Assembly: GCA_010015805.1 (NCBI GenBank)
Contig: ML978131.1
Location: 372,001-436,000, forward strand
From: Rhizodiscina lignyota
Taxonomy: Eukaryota
Direction: 5' to 3'
Length of the DNA stretch: 64,000 nucleotides
How positions within the stretch are numbered: position 1 is the stretch's first letter; the number at the start of each line of letters is the position of its first letter. Positions 63,464 through 64,000 of the stretch are shown piece after piece. Under the pieces are notes generated by a model. The model was given only the letters and a program-made list of their open reading frames with translations. It did not search any database and had not been told where the DNA came from. A program made the translations under genes and the position numbers.

Positions 63464-64000
63464 AGAATTTGATAAAGGTGAATGTAGGGCTTGACGTTGT
63501 ATTTCTGTTTGGGGATGGATTGGGGAGATGGTAAAAGTGTAATGAGCCAGCGATTGATGAAGATGGGCATGGCTGGATTTGAGTTCTCCCTCTACTTGCA
63601 TAGTTTGGAGATATTGGCGGTTTGGATTCGCGCATTTGTCGGATTAACGAGGGGAGCTATCGTAATTGTGATTGGGGCATAGTGTAATGCAGTATTGTTT
63701 ACTCCGTATAGCATCTGTGATTATGAGACTTCTCGCTGTATCCCCTTCCATGTTAATTCAGCCTTCACAATGGGCGTTCATCTCGTCGTTCACATGAAGC
63801 AACTCATACACGGGCACATGTGGTGGAGTTAAGCATCCCTGCAGAGAATCGCCGGCTGACTGGTCGAGCGGAACTGGCTTGGCGAGTGATTCGCGCTAGA
63901 GCTCGCCCTCCCTCCGCCGCCATCATTTGCATCTCGTCGCTTCTCCTCCTCAAGCAACACCGCGTGCACCAAATACACTCAAAAGCTTCGCGTCTTATCT

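Noticed and set aside
1..64000. NLR (NACHT/NB-ARC) partner, tRNA, rRNA or CRISPR array
   Set aside because: None recognised in this window; an NLR carrying the same motif elsewhere in the genome cannot be excluded.

Overview
Intron-rich genomic DNA of a filamentous ascomycete (Pezizomycotina, judged from short GT-AG introns with CTRAC/CTAAC branch sites and fungal-specific families). About 25 protein-coding loci can be supported. Conserved genes include exportin-T/LOS1, a UBE2O-like E2, CCT3, three SDRs, Zn2Cys6 and bZIP factors, an RTA1-like protein, a pepsin and a large PAN/apple-domain secreted protein. The standout region is an accessory island at about 25.9-31.4 kb. There, a HeLo-like/SesA-like helical protein ends in a two-repeat motif resembling a HET-s-type amyloid prion-forming domain. 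It lies head-to-head with a spliced gene that carries one in-register copy of the same motif near its N-terminus. That partner is not an NLR; it appears to end in a catalytically degenerate retropepsin-like domain. A second pseudo-retropepsin gene and a DUF3716-like Cys-rich gene follow. This suggests a candidate NLR-independent amyloid-signalling cell-death module. Also present: a triply frameshifted HET-domain pseudogene beside a MITE-like inverted-repeat element, and a secreted metallo-beta-lactamase-fold/RTA1/Zn2Cys6 trio. All family assignments are by motif recognition only; no searches were run, and gene models were spliced by hand.
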